Positions 47,026-62,092 of a stretch of DNA of 64,000 bases are shown here, one piece after another. The notes beneath the pieces are model-generated. The model did not search any database and had not been told where the DNA came from. It saw only the letters and a list, made by a program, of their open reading frames with translations. Within the stretch, counting starts at the first letter, position 1. Each line of letters starts with the position of its first letter. Made by a program: the position numbers and the translations under genes. This DNA comes from Callorhinchus milii (Eukaryota). The stretch lies in assembly GCF_018977255.1 (NCBI RefSeq), contig NW_024704764.1, positions 7,688,001 through 7,752,000 of the forward strand, in the 5' to 3' direction.

Positions 47026-50000
47026 GTAAGCAACATGGTTTATTTGGCATGTATTTATAATCCCTGCAGCTCTTTGTCCACCAAAGATTTTTTTAAATTC
47101 TTGAACTTCTGACCGTATGAACATTCTGGACCGAATGGCTTGAGGGAGACAAAGTGTTGAAGTATAAGTGTTAAAAGAAAACCACTGTCAACTAAATGCA
47201 TTTGAATTGCATCCTATCAACTCTTGTCACTGCTGGGTTTTTAACATAAAAGTTGCTGATTGTGTTGAGCATTAGTATTGTCCATTAATGTTGGTGAGTT
47301 CTCTATGGGAAAAGATTTGACGGCAAACCTTTTCCTAAAGATTTTTTTTTAGTATATAAGTAGTGCTTTTAACCTTAATTTTCTGAAGCTAGCTATTTCT
47401 AGGTCCTGTTTATTCAGCACGTGGTAGGTATCTGTCAGCACTAGATAGTTATGTGATATCAGACCAGTCTTCGAAGTATGCCAAAGCTAAGAATATTAAG
47501 ATATTTATAGCTGGGGAAACTTAAGCTTCTTAATGTTGCCAGCACAGCTTTGGCAGTATAAAACAAACAATTGGTTAATCCAACTCCCTTTAGTTTGATG
47601 CACTGTAGTTATGTTTAGTATGTTAAATGGGTCTGTTTTTTAGACATTTGACTTGAGTATAAATACAATGCACATTACATTGTAGCAGGAAGGGCTATAA
47701 ATATTCAGGTTAATGCTGCTAACTGTGGTTTTATTCAGCCACATTTGGTTCAGCTTCATTCTGTCATACTGAGAGTGTCTGATATTTAGTGCTATCTCCC
47801 CTCCCCCTGTTCACTATATACTGTATCAAGCCTGGATACATCTGATTAGGAAGCCTTACTGGGATTAGAGCTATACATTAGCAGAGTTCAAAGTGCACTC
47901 CTTGTGTTCTATGCTTCAGAGAATAACAAAATGGTCTGTTTAATATTCTGGAGAAAAGGGATAAATATTAACACGTCATATTTGCTTTTTAAGCATCACA
48001 AATTGACAGTGTTCAAGTCAGAGTCCTGGATAAGATTTTTATTTGAACGTTGAGTCAGTACTACTGTACAGTAGTTGTAAAAGCCATTGCTGTCACTTTT
48101 ACTGTTTTCATGAGCGCACAATGGATGTAGATCAGATTTAAAATAGTTAATTATAACTTTTTCAAGCTACAAAATCTCTTCTGAGAAAGTTACCCAAAAG
48201 AATCAAAATACAGAAAAGGTTAGCGGCACAGTGTCATGGGAAGATTGGGGGAAAATGGGAATAGGGAGAGACCATTTGGCCTTTAGGCCTGTTTCATCAG
48301 TTTATTAGATCTTGACAAATCTTTTAAAATATTCTGCTCTTGGCCTTAGAATGCTTGTGAGGTAAGGAACCAAATAGGGCTGTCCCACTATGACCCCTGT
48401 AATTAGGGGAAGTTGGAATCGATGCCCTTTCACCATACTCCTTAATACCCCGCTTCCCAAGAGGCTGTCCATCTCTCTTTTCAATATTCTTGATTCCTTA
48501 TCCATTATTTCCATCTCTCCAGCTTTCTGGGCACTTTTTCACAACTCTTAATTTGAAAAACTGCTTCCTCATCTCAGTTCTAATTGCCTTGGTTACTTCG
48601 ACAGATTTAACATTATATTTAAAGTAAGATTCCTGTACCTAAAAGCTTAATATTTTTTTTTTACAATGTGTTTAGTTTGCTTCTTAAATTCACCAGAACA
48701 CCAAGCAACATAGCACTGGAATTGCAATCAGAAACTATCTCATATGTAGTTCTTAACATGCTGTATTTATTTATGCAAAATGTGTTCAGGTTTACTTAAC
48801 AGAAAATGTAACATTTGACATAATTTAAGGCTAACTTTATTTTTTCCAAACTTGACTCCCAATTCACATCAACTAAACTGGCTGGATCTGATATCAGTTT
48901 TCTTATTCGTTAACTGCAATGAATGTCCTATAAACTTTTATTTCTTTTCCGGGTCTCTTACATGTATTAACTTAACAGAGCTGCAAATGTCTTCTGTTAT
49001 CATTCAGTGGCTTGAGATGTTTTGCTTTTCTTGAGTAAGATCATTTACTCCACACCCAAGTAGATAACCTGCTTTAATCTAAACAGGAAGCCTGAGAGAT
49101 GCAACGTTTCTGCTCTTTTGTGCATGGCATACTAATGTGCTTGCCATGGCAACCAGAGTGCTGCAGATCTTAGCAAACCATTGAGCTTTTATTTCGGGAT
49201 GTTTGCCCTTGAGCACAAGTGCTTCAAAAACCCAATTTTTCAACAAAAAAAAGCTCTTTACCTGGTTTGGTGGAAGATTAACCTAATAGGGTTTTACATA
49301 CTGCAGTATTTCATCCATTCTGACTGAAAAAGGTTATATTTCAACTCATGTTGCCTGACACATTTCTTTTAATATATAAAGCTGTTCTCAACTTGCAAAT
49401 GCTTGCGTCTCTTGGCACGCTTGTTTCAAAAACCAATGCTTTACTTTCTGGGAAAGCTTTCCCGGAAAAATAATCCAATGTCACCGCAATACAAGTCTGT
49501 GAATATCTAGAATTGGTGGTGAGTACACGTGAAGATATACAAGAAGAATCATCTTGGAAGAATAAAGCAAAGTAAAACATTTTTGCTGCTGTTCGATAAT
49601 ATTGTTAGTGTGCTAGCATGCTTTACAGAACCTACGAACCTCCCATACTGCTCAATGGAGTGCATTCTAGTGCAAACATTAGAGTTGCTGAATATCATTT
49701 TCTGATATTGCATGTCATGCTTATTTTGGAAAACAAATCGCAGCATAGATTATGAATTTATTTTTTTCTTTCAATTTTCAGAGGTTTAATGTAATAATTT
49801 TTAAAATGGGCTCATCATTGGCATGATGGTATGCTCCATTGTAAAGAACAAACACTCTATTTTTTATTTGGCCTGATAAGCATTGTTAAAGCCCTCTATC
49901 AATTTGACTAATGCACCTCAATTGGAAGTGTTTCATTTTTTTATATTCCCTTCCCCTTGTCCAGCCCAACAGGTGCAGTGTAATTTCACTTTGTAACCAA

Positions 50001-50214
50001 ATGACTTGCCTGTTAATCATAATAAGTACAAGAATGAAGGCATTGATAGGGCTCTGAGATATCAAGGATCCTGTAAATTATTGGTGGAAATTAAATCTGA
50101 AGTAAAAATGTTAATTGTTATTTTACAATTCTCCTAATCAATCCAATCGTTACACCATGTTTCGAAAGACCTTAAGCACTACCTCATTTGGCATGAGAGC
50201 ACAATCTCTTGGCC

Positions 50215-50642
50215 TAGCATAGTGAATTTGCCTCCACCACTACCTCTCCCCTCAGGCTGCCGCGACACTTATCCATGCTTTCATTATGTCCAGGCTTGAA
50301 TATGCTAAATCCCTGCTCGCCAAACTTCTCAACTGTTCCCCCTACAAACTGCAGATTATTCAGCACTCTACAGCTCGTGTTCAGCACTGTGAGCCAGCCG
50401 ATCACCCCCATCCTTGCCCGGCTTCACTGGCTCCACATCCCCCAGAGGATCGAGTTCAAGGTCCACATCTTTAAAGCCAATCTTTAAATCTTTGCTCCTC
50501 CCTACCTCTGCGATTTGCTAAAACTTTAGCAGCCTGTCCTCCCTCCGCTTGGTGGGAACTAGCCACTTAAACCCTTCACTGTCAAGCACCTTGGTATGTC
50601 CTCCTGATGTGAAAGGTGATATATGATGCAATTTGTTGTTTT
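50215..50642 (+). mobile_element. Truncated L2 LINE 3' fragment
   Basis: SRLEYAKSLL...LQIIQHSTAR and PITPILARLHWLHIPQRIEFK, with tail atttgttgtt. Confidence 0.85.
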
Positions 50643-52934
50643 TGATGTTCTATGGGGTTACACTTGTGATTCCAGGGTATACAATGTTTTTTGCTTTTCA
50701 TAAGATAACACTCTTTAAAGCTGAACTATCGAAGCAGAATCTTAAAGGGAAGAGGGAGGGTAAGAAAATGGGGTTCGAATAAGTGGTTTGTGAGCTTGAT
50801 GGGCTGAATGACCTGTTTCTATGCTGTAGTAGTCTAATTATATTCATGGTATGACTGAAAGGGCATTATCAAATCTGTAAGTCCTGTACTTTTAATGGTG
50901 GCCCTTTTCACTTCTGCTACTATTCTTGGATTGCCTCACTTTCATAGTTCTCATAGTTCTTTCATAGCTTTCTGTTGCTGGAGAAAACAAGAAATGGCAA
51001 GTCCAATCCATTCTAGTTGTTAAGCCAGGCAGAAAAAAACAGGAGCGAAGTGGAGGGAAATAACCGACGAGGAGCAGAAAATAGATTAACAGCGGTTTTA
51101 TGTTACTTGAAAGCACGCAGTCTGGGGTCTATTTTCACAACGGTGCAAGCAGGAGCCACGTTTTCACTGCATGCTTGCATTATTGAGAAGTTGGGAAAGG
51201 CAGAGTGCCACAAGTGTTCTCAAGCGCATGTACAGAGCGCTGCTCACTGGCCTCCCAATGTCAGTACCATGTTTAACCATTGAAAACACCTGACAAAATT
51301 AGCTGTTTTCCATTATTATTATTATGAGTCTAAACAGGTACAATGTGTCACTGTTCTATGGGAGCCATGGTCCTAACATTTATATAGAAAAATTTTTCTT
51401 GAAGTATCTATTACTACAGTTTTTTTTCTAACGCACCACAGTAGTAAACAGAAAGGTTATCTATTGTAGACACTGCCAATTACTGCTTAAAATAAATCTT
51501 AACGGTATCCTTTCTTGAATCAAAAGATAATTTTAATTTTCTTTTTAATTAACTGTTGGTCTAATGATCGTCCAATTCAACATTTGGGATGGTTTTAGTA
51601 AGCCAACTAGGGAATAGAGTGCCAGAATTTGATTTACTTAAACTCTTAACTACCATTAGATCAGTGAGAGGAGAGACATTCATCTCCTTTGCTTGGGTTA
51701 GGTCCAAGCTTCATTCTGGAGAGGCAGGCTAACTATGCAAAGCACAGCAAAGTATTCAATGCCTTTCCACTTTAGGTAACTTGCCACAGTTTATATTGTC
51801 GTACAACTGAAGAGGAATATTAATTGTAAGTTACGTACATGCTGTTTTATTTCCATGTAGGTCAGGGCATTTAATCTTGCTTCGTGTTCTAAGTTTCAAT
51901 GAGGTTAAAATTCTGTTGATATTTCAGGCTCACTTTCAGAACTTGGTCTGCAAGATTGCCTGAGGATCCAGATGCTGTGAAAAAACATCCATCCCTTTTA
52001 CACTATGAGGTGATTTCTACAGCACCAAAGTAGTTTTGAAAAAACTGCCCATTTAAAAGGAAGGCATCTGCAACAATACAGCATTCCCCCAGTACTGCAC
52101 TGATTTAGATGGTCATATTAAGGCTTTAGGGAGGATCTGATCTTAAGTAAGTGAATATTTTCAAAATCGCCTGACTTGAGTTAGACACTCAGATGTTTAT
52201 AGTACTTCCAGAAATATTAGCACTTTCTCTTGCTGCTTATAGCCTTTGAGGAACTAGAGCAAGAGAAAACACTGTTGAACCCAAAGTTTGGAATGCTGGC
52301 CTGGTCAAGTAAACCTGTGCTGGTTTTGGAGCAACAGCTTCTGCAACTCTTTTACCAAAACTTATTTTTATGGCATTCCCATTATGTGAAGCCTTTTTCA
52401 TGATAAGAAGACAATCCTGTTTCTTTTCATATTTAAAACTCGCTCACTATTCAGGAAGCTGAGGGGATTTGTACCTAGGAACGCGTTTCATAGACTTTGT
52501 GTACTTTTCAGCGTATTAGTATGTTTTGCAGAATCTTAAACTACCCAAGCAATCTTTCACACAGACTTAAAAAAATCCTCGGCAGCATATCCGTTTCACA
52601 GTAAGCATCCATCTTTAATGCAGAAACTTGAAGTTCTATTGTTCAAAAATCCCATAGCTTATGACTGTCTTTACAGTGTTGGCGAGTTGTAAGTAATATC
52701 TGCAGTTATTTGGAAGTAATGCCAGCCCTTTTCTTTGTATCTCTGATCCTTCATTGTGTTGAATTTGTGACACATCATCTGTTGTGACCCTTTAGAGCTC
52801 TTTCCCGGGCCACCCGACAAGACGATGTATAATTTAATCTGATTGACTGCATAACAAAAGTAGTATTTTCTTTTTTTCCTTTGGGAATTTGATTGATCAT
52901 AGTGCAAGGATTTGCATTTGCCATGAGGAAAGTT

Positions 52935-54255
52935 GACTTGGCCCACAAAATTCACTGTGAAGTGCTTTGAGACTTCTCGAAGAAGTGAAAAGGGGCGCTA
53001 TATCAAATGCTATTATTATTATTGGATGGCTTCCATTTGATAAGCTGCTTGTTTTGTGTAACTGTGCAAAGTCTACAAAACTGCAGTTAGTGGACATGTA
53101 GCTCAGTGCCTTTATTCGGATACCAAGTTGCACTTTTATAGTTGGGAACTAAAATGCAGCAAAACAGTTTTGTTAATGAATTATTGCAAACTGTTAATAC
53201 AGTGATGTCTGGTTTGTGAATGCTGTACTTTATAGACTCCAGTGCCTACAAATCTTTTTGTTCTCTTTCCATTAGAGGGAGGAGCCTAACATTATTTTAA
53301 ATCATGTATGCTATTTGTCATTGCAGTCTTTGAAAATACATTTTTGATAAGTTGCTGCATCTTTAAACATGGAGCTCTTTGGGGGAAAGGCACTTTAAAA
53401 AAATCCATAATTTATGAGGAATTGCAGACGTAGATGAAATATTTAAAAAAAAGAATTGATGTTTTTAATTCTGTTTAGTGAATCGTGTGTTTCAATATTT
53501 CACCACCCAAACAGAACAGAAACGGTCTCCTTTTAATCTTAGTGTTCCTTGTAGGCTTTCTGTGTCCTATAGGTTGCAGATGCCATCTGAATTTACAAGA
53601 CATTTATTTTACTTTAAAATTATGACATCCAGACTTTTGTTTGTAAGGCTTAATACAAATAACTTGATTAATTTGGGAATTTAATCTCTGGCACCTCTAG
53701 TGACATGTTTATTTAAAAATAGTGGTGGAATTTTTCCTTCTATTTTACAAAAGTACATGCATAAGCATACAGAATGAATAGTGCTCACTGTGGTCATTTG
53801 TGGTTATTGACAAATTTTGAAACACTTGAAAAATGTCCATTAAAGCAGCCACACAATTTTGGGCAAAATATGCATTGCAGATATAGGAATCTCAGAGGCC
53901 AAAATCCACTGCAGTTCTGAATGACAACTAACCATGTTATGTAAGTCAGTTTTGAGACTGATGCACAGAGAATAATCTGCGTGGAAAGATGATGCCTAGT
54001 ACAGAGAAGCTGTCAATTTAAAAAAGGGCAATATTGCACCCTTTCTGGGGTTAATAATCCCTTTTTTTAAAAAAAATAATGATTTGGTCAATCAAGCCAA
54101 GACTGTTTGTGGGACACTGCTGTGCACAATTGGCTACTGTGTTACGGCTACAGACTATTTACAGTCAATTCACTTTACAGTATATTCTATTAAGCACTTG
54201 TAAGCGGATTATCGACAACGTGATAAGGCGCTATATCAAATGCAAGGATTATTAC
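52935..54255 (+). mobile_element. Two SINE 3' fragments (52935-53022 and 54040-54255)
   Basis: Family tail ggcgctatatcaaatgc...attatt. Confidence 0.75.
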
Positions 54256-57200
54256 TAATTCATAGTTATTTAAAAAAATATATCGTTCTTAGGTTTTGTT
54301 GGATTATGCATCACCTACCTACAGTTGACCTGGATCCTTGAGCTCCTGTAACTATATAATCATAAATCCAAACTGTAGCCCAAAACCTGTTTTTGTACTG
54401 TGGTGGACCAATTCAAATAATAATAATAATAATAATGATAATAATAATGGTGCACTTATTCTTTATTTCTGCCCGTGGGGAGTTTTGTTTGGCATCAAGG
54501 ACACTGTTAGAACTGTAAGGGTTTTTTTCCCAAAATGATGATCAGCCAGCTTTTACTCAAGTACAGTATAGTGATTCACAAAATTGCTTGCATCTGCAAT
54601 CCAAGAGCTTTCCGCCCCCATCTTTGGATTTTCATATGGATCAGGGAACTGCCCCCTCACTATAAACCAGCTGCTAGTAAAGTGTAGTAAGTATTTGACC
54701 ATGATGACTCACGGTTGTTATCTTTCTGATTTCTATGACGTTGTCTCAGCCTGAGATTGGAAACCCAGCACATAGATTGTGCTTAATTTTCTGGGTGGGT
54801 GGTTATTTTCAGTCTTGAACTGTGGTCCATTTGTGGCAGATTATTCAGGGTGTTTGCCAGCTATTTCTGTAATCCCATGACACACTTTTATTAAAGGTTA
54901 TACTCGTGCACTGCAATTGCTACACCGCTCTTTGTAGATTCTGGGAGTTTTGTTCCCTCTCGTGACTAATCATTAATTTAGTTTAATCAATCCCATTTCA
55001 TTTGGTTAAATTGGTCCTGGGTTACTCCACTCAAAATTGAGGTTTCAAATGTCTATGACGTTTATTAGCAAAATTTGTAGACTGCAGATTGGATGGATCA
55101 TTGAAAATAAATTCTAAACCACTACTTCTGACTTTTCGACTCTATCAGAGAGGTTAGTTTCAGTGAGATACCCCAGAACAACGAATCCTTTGTTATTCAT
55201 CTGCGTTTCCTTCTGGGTCTCAGCTCAGTGTCAAAATATTTGTGGTCCACAGTTTTGTATGTAAAAGGTTCATCATCGGGTTCATTCAGTAGTAAGTAAG
55301 AATATTTCTAAAATAAATAAAAACTCGTTCAAAACTTCTTTAAAAAATTGCAGTTTAAAATTTTACTTAACACCAGTGGTTCAAATATTATAAAAAAGAT
55401 AATTCTAATGAGCTAACACAACATGCATGCTACCTTATTATTTAATATTTTAAGGAAAATACTCTGCATATAAAATACAACTACTTTAATTGATCTGATG
55501 CAGTTGGGAGGGTCTACCATATATATCTGAGTCTTCACCTCAAATAATTCTAGTTGTATAGGATTGCAAATGGTAGCATTAGCGTTTTGTTAACCTAGTC
55601 CTAGACTAACTGCTTACTGTCACCGCATCTTATGAACTCCTTGATGTGTGCATTGCCCTTTAATATACATGGCGTTATGTTAATACCACAATCTGCCTTC
55701 TTTAGTTTTCAGGCAACTTAATTTTTAACAAACGTGCTCATTTGTTTTATTTAAGTGAAACTGCTCATTAAATAGTTCTGAGAAGAATGTGTTTAAAATG
55801 TAGCTAGGTAGCTGGTTTTATTTGAAATTCTGGCATGGTAAGGTAAGACTGATGTAGTTTTTTTTTAACCAATTCTTATTGAGTTATTCCTGCTTGTGGT
55901 TAAACTAAGTAGAAAGCAGAGCCAAGGTGAATGGATAGTTTGTATTGTAGTTGAGCTCCTTCAGTACTGTTCATTGATTCTTGTGGAGTACATCGAAGGC
56001 CGAAATGTCATACATCGCCCACTCCTCCCAGAATCTGCTGTAGTCGGCCAATTTTCTGAGACAATGTTAATCATTTCCCCATTCATTTCTTTCTGTTAAG
56101 TCCTGGATTTTTCAGGATAGATTGACATTAGATATTTTTTCAATTTGTCACTAAAGCTAACCATTCCTTTAACACCGGGAGATAAATTAAATGGAGCCCA
56201 TGTTGGGATAGGCTTTGAGTGGTTTATGCAAGAAACTGGTTTGATTTGATTGATTTATCAAATCAGATTTTCTTGTGTACAGCAACAACACATTTACTTC
56301 AATGTAACGCTTTTCATGTCTGTGAGGATCAGCTCTGCTCTTGTCCACCGTTTTAGAGTTGCATATAAAGTACCTTGTCACGTCTGTGCAGTGGATAAAA
56401 GCAGTGTTATTGGAGTAAATCACCACTTACTACCCCATTGAACGAGTATTAAATAGTGGATACTCTGTCCCCTCTCACCCCAGAGTCCATACTATGGACT
56501 CATCCGTTCTTTCTCATCACTTGGTTGTCTTCCAACATCAGTCAGCACTTTCATTTGGGTAATTTTTTGGATATGGGTGAATTCAATCCTCCTAGTAAGT
56601 GAGGCAAAACAGCCTTCAGTTCCCACCGCCTTCAGCAAACTCAATGACGTTATGAATAATCTCCAACCACCGTCGAGTGCTCTTCAATGCTGTCCTGTGT
56701 GAGGGGCGCTATATAAATGCAGGTTGTTGCCATGGGGGAAATTATTGCACAATGTATTATACCACAAATGCACTCTATTGGGGAGTGCTGGAATTCACCC
56801 CCGATGACGAATTTATATTGAATTAATTTGAATTTTCACTTTAGTCCATGGTGTTTTGCAAAAGAATAAATGGTTCAACTTGTACTTCTGCTGTAAATAT
56901 ATTGATCTATTTGAGGGATCCAACACATGTATCTTGTCAACCTATACGTGTTGTTTGAGTGGGAATGTTTGGTATTCTTGGGTTACAGGTATATATTTTG
57001 ATAAGAGTTCCTTCATAAATATTTTACTGAGAAGAATATAGGAAACAAGAGTATAGGGCTTACCCTTTTCCAAATGCAAATTGAATGACATATATATAAT
57101 GTATTATACATACATATTATATATAATCCATAAATATAGATATGGAACATTACGTCCTTCTTTGCATTTTCATATCTAAAGGTATCTTGCTTATGACTCC

Positions 57201-60179
57201 TTAATGTTTTTGTCTTGTCAGATTTCCCTAGACTATTTCAGACTAATTATCCCAGAAAGAAACGGTTAAGTTACAAAGTAATGTAATACATTGCAAGCTA
57301 TTACTGACTGGATCAGCTTGAAAAACTGTTCTCTAACTTGCTAAAAGATAGTTTTAAATTGTGCTGTATTCTTAAAAGTTATAGGCACGCACGATGAAGA
57401 AATGCATTCAGTGATTATTAATCCGACACTTTTGCTTCATTTTGGCTTGTATTAGCCAGTTCCTCACCATTGCTGTTGGAATGACATTTCTGCCCATGAC
57501 TACGTCTTTGATTTACAATGGGGACCTGGAACAGCGTTTTGCTCATAAAGGATGTGCTACTTGTGGAGTCGAGTTCTGGAATGAGTGAGGTGCAGCATGC
57601 TTTGACCTTGGAGGCAGCAGACAGGCTTTTTTTAAATGCGTTATGTAAGCATTATGAGTACCTCTGAGTGTAACAGTTGAGAGTTTCAAGGGACCTTGCA
57701 GCATACAATAAATATAGTGGATCAAAGCACAATGGCAAATGTAAATTTGTTCTTCAGAGAATATGCGAATATGCATATGACGTGTTATACATGAAAAGAG
57801 AAGGGTTACCTTCCTACCACCTTGAGATGGAAATGCTAATTGACTGTTGAGCATTGCCAGCTATCTGCATGACTGCAGAATTTAGTCTACCACAGCATGC
57901 ATTACTCTGACTGTTGCACCTTTTTTTAAGACAGAGAGACTACATATTTTGTAGTTTAAGGTTCTCATGCCTCCGACAGTACCAGTGTGCTCAGAATATT
58001 GATGTCTTGTTTTGGAAACTCTGACTTACACAATGCAAGCACCCTTTGAGAACCAAAGTGAAGGTTTTTTTTTCCTACAGTGCAGATAAAAGCTATACAG
58101 CAACACAAGTGAGGTGGTGCCATTCTTTGTGGTTTAGAATAAATCTTGGGGAGCGCTCATTTTAATTTGTTTTTGAGTGTGAGGGGAGGTAAGATCATCC
58201 TAATGAGTTGTGAGACCCCTGTTGTGAAGGAATAGAACACAATGTTAATTTTCATGTCGGTATCAGCATTAAGCACTCACAGGTCAGATGTAGCATAGAT
58301 TAGATCCACAGTAAGCCTCTGCCAACAGTGTGCCTTAATGTAAATGTCAGCAGTGCACTCTCCTACTGCACCAGTTACATTTACATTTCCCATACTGACC
58401 TCTGAGTGAGACTATCAATTCTGTGCTGAAGTACTGAATTGTGGCCTGTTTTTATACTGTGAGTTCATGGCCACGAGCAAGTGATTGTGACTATCCTAGT
58501 TCCTCACTCGAGGATTCTGGCAGCTCACCGAGGACTCTAGCATATCTCCGCGAAAAAGGGAATTTCATCCGATCGGATTCAAACCCAGATTCCCCAAGTT
58601 GAAAGGTACGAATGGACTTTGCTTCCCAGGTCTACTATTTTAAATGGTTTTAAAATCTGATACAAAGAACAGTTGTTGATATTTTTTTTCTACCTTTTTA
58701 AGTCAGCAGAACTCGGGGGACTGTTTTGGATAAGCTACTGAGCCTGATTAAAGCTGAATTAGCATCACTGGAGATACGGTTATTAAACTGGGCGCTTAAA
58801 CTTCTTTAGCTCAGTATGTTGATTCCTTTCTCTCTTATTTTTGGCACACAAACCAGCTCCCTGAATTTTCATGATCTTTACTATTTATCTATATTCACTG
58901 AGGCAAGAAAGCAAAAAGTAGAAGAATCTTAACTTCTTTGTGTAATGTTCTTTTTTTTATAAACACAGTGGTAGACTTAAATGGTACTACTCGTCAGATT
59001 TAAATGTCTAATGCAGATATTTCAAAGTAGCTGCATATCGTACAGTCAAATGATGTTGGATATTTGTACGGAGTTGGTCTTTAGATTGTAATTTATTTAG
59101 GGAAAAGGTTTAGCCATTTCGCCCAAGTGGAACAAAGTTTTTTTTAAAAAAACATTTTTTAGTGATGACTCACACACTGCAGCACATGAACACTGTAACC
59201 AGTGTATCGAACCATCTTTGTTTTTATTTTCTAGTAACTGTCTGACAGATTTGAGCACTGTAATGACGTTGATGATAGATAATTACATACAACTCTCTGG
59301 GGTATCTTTTGCCCTCGGCAATCTATTCCCACGCTTTTCAAAAGTATTTTTAATTTAGAGACCTTTGGGGTGAGTGCAAGCTTTTTAAATTGCTTTCTCT
59401 TGGAAAGCAGCGATCTGCTTACTATTCCTTTATAAACATGTACAATCTGCAGCAGAAGAGCCCATTTTCATTTAAAGTATGCAGTATATAATAGCACATG
59501 GGCCGAGAATGCACCTCACTGCACTATATTTACAGAAAAGCAATCAAATATGATGAAATATTATCACTTTAGACTCCATTGTTGAGTGTACTTGTGTTTT
59601 ATGAAACAGAGCAGTGATCTTTTGAAAATCAGGTTGAATGGATGAGCCAGCATCATCTCAGACTGATTGAGCTGAATGGGCTTCTCCTTTATAATTTCTA
59701 TGAATGGAATACTAAATCGTACTGTTAAATGTTTTCAGATTATCTGAGACACCTGTTATGTTGGGGTCTAATCTGCAGGCTGTACTAAGCAGGTGTAAAT
59801 GTTTCTGTATGGAGTAGATTACAAGTTACATTAATTATGTAAGCATTAAAAACAATCTCCTGCATCCTTTTGTATTTACATAATTGGACACCTGTAATTC
59901 CTTCTTTACACATGTTTAATTCTGGCCAATCCGACCTACACTTTAGACCAACGTATGTGTTTTGGTGTAAATCATAAAATAACCGAAACTGCGGAGTAAA
60001 CTATTTGTATGACCAACCTGAACCCAACACAGATGTAATAAAAAGAATAGAGACCAATTACAAGTCAATTAGACCTAATTGCCCGTAAGCCACTGGAGTT
60101 GACAAAATTCACAATGGTGTGATTGCTCTTATGAATGATAAATGTTCATAAAACCATTACAATATTCTGTCACTGCAAT

Positions 60180-60352
60180 AAATAATAATAATGCTTTGCA
60201 TTTGATAGAATGCTTTATCACGTCTTTGAGACGTCTCAAAGCACTTCACAAAATATACAGTAAAGTGAATTGACTGTATATTTGTGGGCAAAACGTGGCA
60301 GCCAATTGCGCACAGCAGCGTCCCATAAACAGTCGTGGATTGCAGTGACCAT
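60180..60352 (-). mobile_element. SINE 3' half
   Basis: Reverse complement of the family tail, with an (AAT)n end. Confidence 0.85.
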
Positions 60353-61849
60353 TTTTTTTTAACAATTTTTTTTCTGTACAGCAGGCTAACAAAAGCCTGC
60401 TATGCAGCCACTGTGCAGCAGTCTAAAAAAAGATATGTGGTTGCTCTTATGAATAGACTAAGTAAATTAAGAAACAAACACATTGTCCAGTAGGCAAACT
60501 AGGTCCCAGCAATTGCTGGATCTGTGTCTTTGTTTTGGTCGGCCTATTGGCTGGCATAAACAGAAACCCACCACGTGCTTAAAGAGTACCACATTTGCAT
60601 GGAAATTTTCAATTTTTCTGGAATGGAGTACACAACCCGGGGGGGCACTCGCCCGACTTAATTCTGGAAACTATTAGACGGAGGTTGGCAGGAGTTGAAG
60701 CTTAGCAGCCCAGAGTATGGGTTGGGATACCTACTGGAGTTGAAACAGCTAAAACCGGAGAGTATCTGTATCTGAAGTTTTAACAATATTTTATTTTGCC
60801 ACTGTTTCAATACGTATCACAGTGCAATTAAAGATAACTACTTATTGAAGCGGGAATAGAGATCCTTAATCTCATCTCTTTAAATCGCATTTCAAACTTG
60901 AGATATGAAACTAAATTGTTATTCTGTCTGCGTGGCTCTGTGCTGCAGGATGTTCTGGTTTGAGCTGACATGGAGTTAGAAAATTTAAATTCTTCATTCT
61001 TATTTAAGGAATGTGCAGGATGGGAGCCAAAGCACTCTTTGGAGGTTGGGAGACTGATGTCAAAGTAATGCGAAACATGATGTATATATTTTTTTGGAAT
61101 GCACCACATGTTGGATAGCAAAAAGAACAATCATCACACTGCCTTTTTGTGTTGTGTGCAGACGAGAGTGATACAAACCACCTAGTGAATTGTACACAGA
61201 TGCAGACATTGACATTGCCGAGATCAATTGATGAAGAGCAGTCCTAGAAACATCCAAAGTTTCAAGTGATAAAGTGGCAGTTATTATATTACAGGGTGCT
61301 ATTAAACCCAAAGTGATTACTATAAATGTTTCCAGATCAGGAAATGCGTGTTGTGTGTGAAATGGTCTTTCTAAATTGGAGTGCATTAATTTGATTGATC
61401 TGTATTATGCCCATCACACTTGGCCACCATCAAAAGCCAAAGAACCATCAAAACGTTCTAACTTGTTGCTTAAATTCAGTGGCTCACTATCTTTTGAACA
61501 AGGGCTAATTTTTCATGGGAGTGAATTTGCCGCTGTCAGCGCTTAGCATTGAAACGTCTGACTCGGATCTGTCAACATTCCATACCTTCGGTGATTTCCA
61601 GTAGATGGCTAATGGCATTCTACAGTTGCCTACAAATAGTCACTACACTTTTCAGAAAACTCTGTGAAGCACTTTGAGAAATTTGGATGCGATAAAAGTG
61701 TTATAATAAATGTAAGGATTACGATTATTTTGCAAGCTCCGAGTCTAAAATTTCTTCGATGGTGAATGTTTGCGTTTTACATTTTAGGGCTCGAAATTCC
61801 ATCTTTACATTTGCAGAATTAATGACCTAATTTCGAGAAGAAATTGAAG

Positions 61850-62092
61850 GTTGAGGGAGGAATATTGGGCAAGACAAACGTCCTACTCTTAGGAATAGCG
61901 CCATGGGGGTCCATTAAAAACACCCACCTATCCAGCTCACTCAGTTTAAAGTCTTATCCAAAGGATGACATCGTGCAGCGCGCTCCCCGGTACTTCGGTG
62001 GATTTTTAATCTAGATTAGGAATTCGCATACTGCTGTGGGAATTGAAACCACAACCATCTGATTCAGAGAAGAGAGTGCTACAAATTGAGTA
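61850..62092 (-). mobile_element. Older tRNA-headed DeuSINE fragment
   Basis: Minus-strand head ctcaatttgtagcactctcttctctgaatcagatggttgtggtttcaattccc, like the copy at 40.6-40.9 kb. Confidence 0.6.

Noticed and set aside
47026-47060. C-terminal GKQHGLFGMYL of ORF 46869-47060
   Set aside because: It lies past a consensus donor CAG|GTAAGC and is intronic read-through.
58081-58112. True HDAC5 exon 4
   Set aside because: It stops after 10 codons and lacks the expected REQQLQQELL glutamine-rich segment.
58250-58620. Old SINE-like repeat, with related sequence near 17260
   Set aside because: It looks repetitive but is too decayed to assign or bound without a database.
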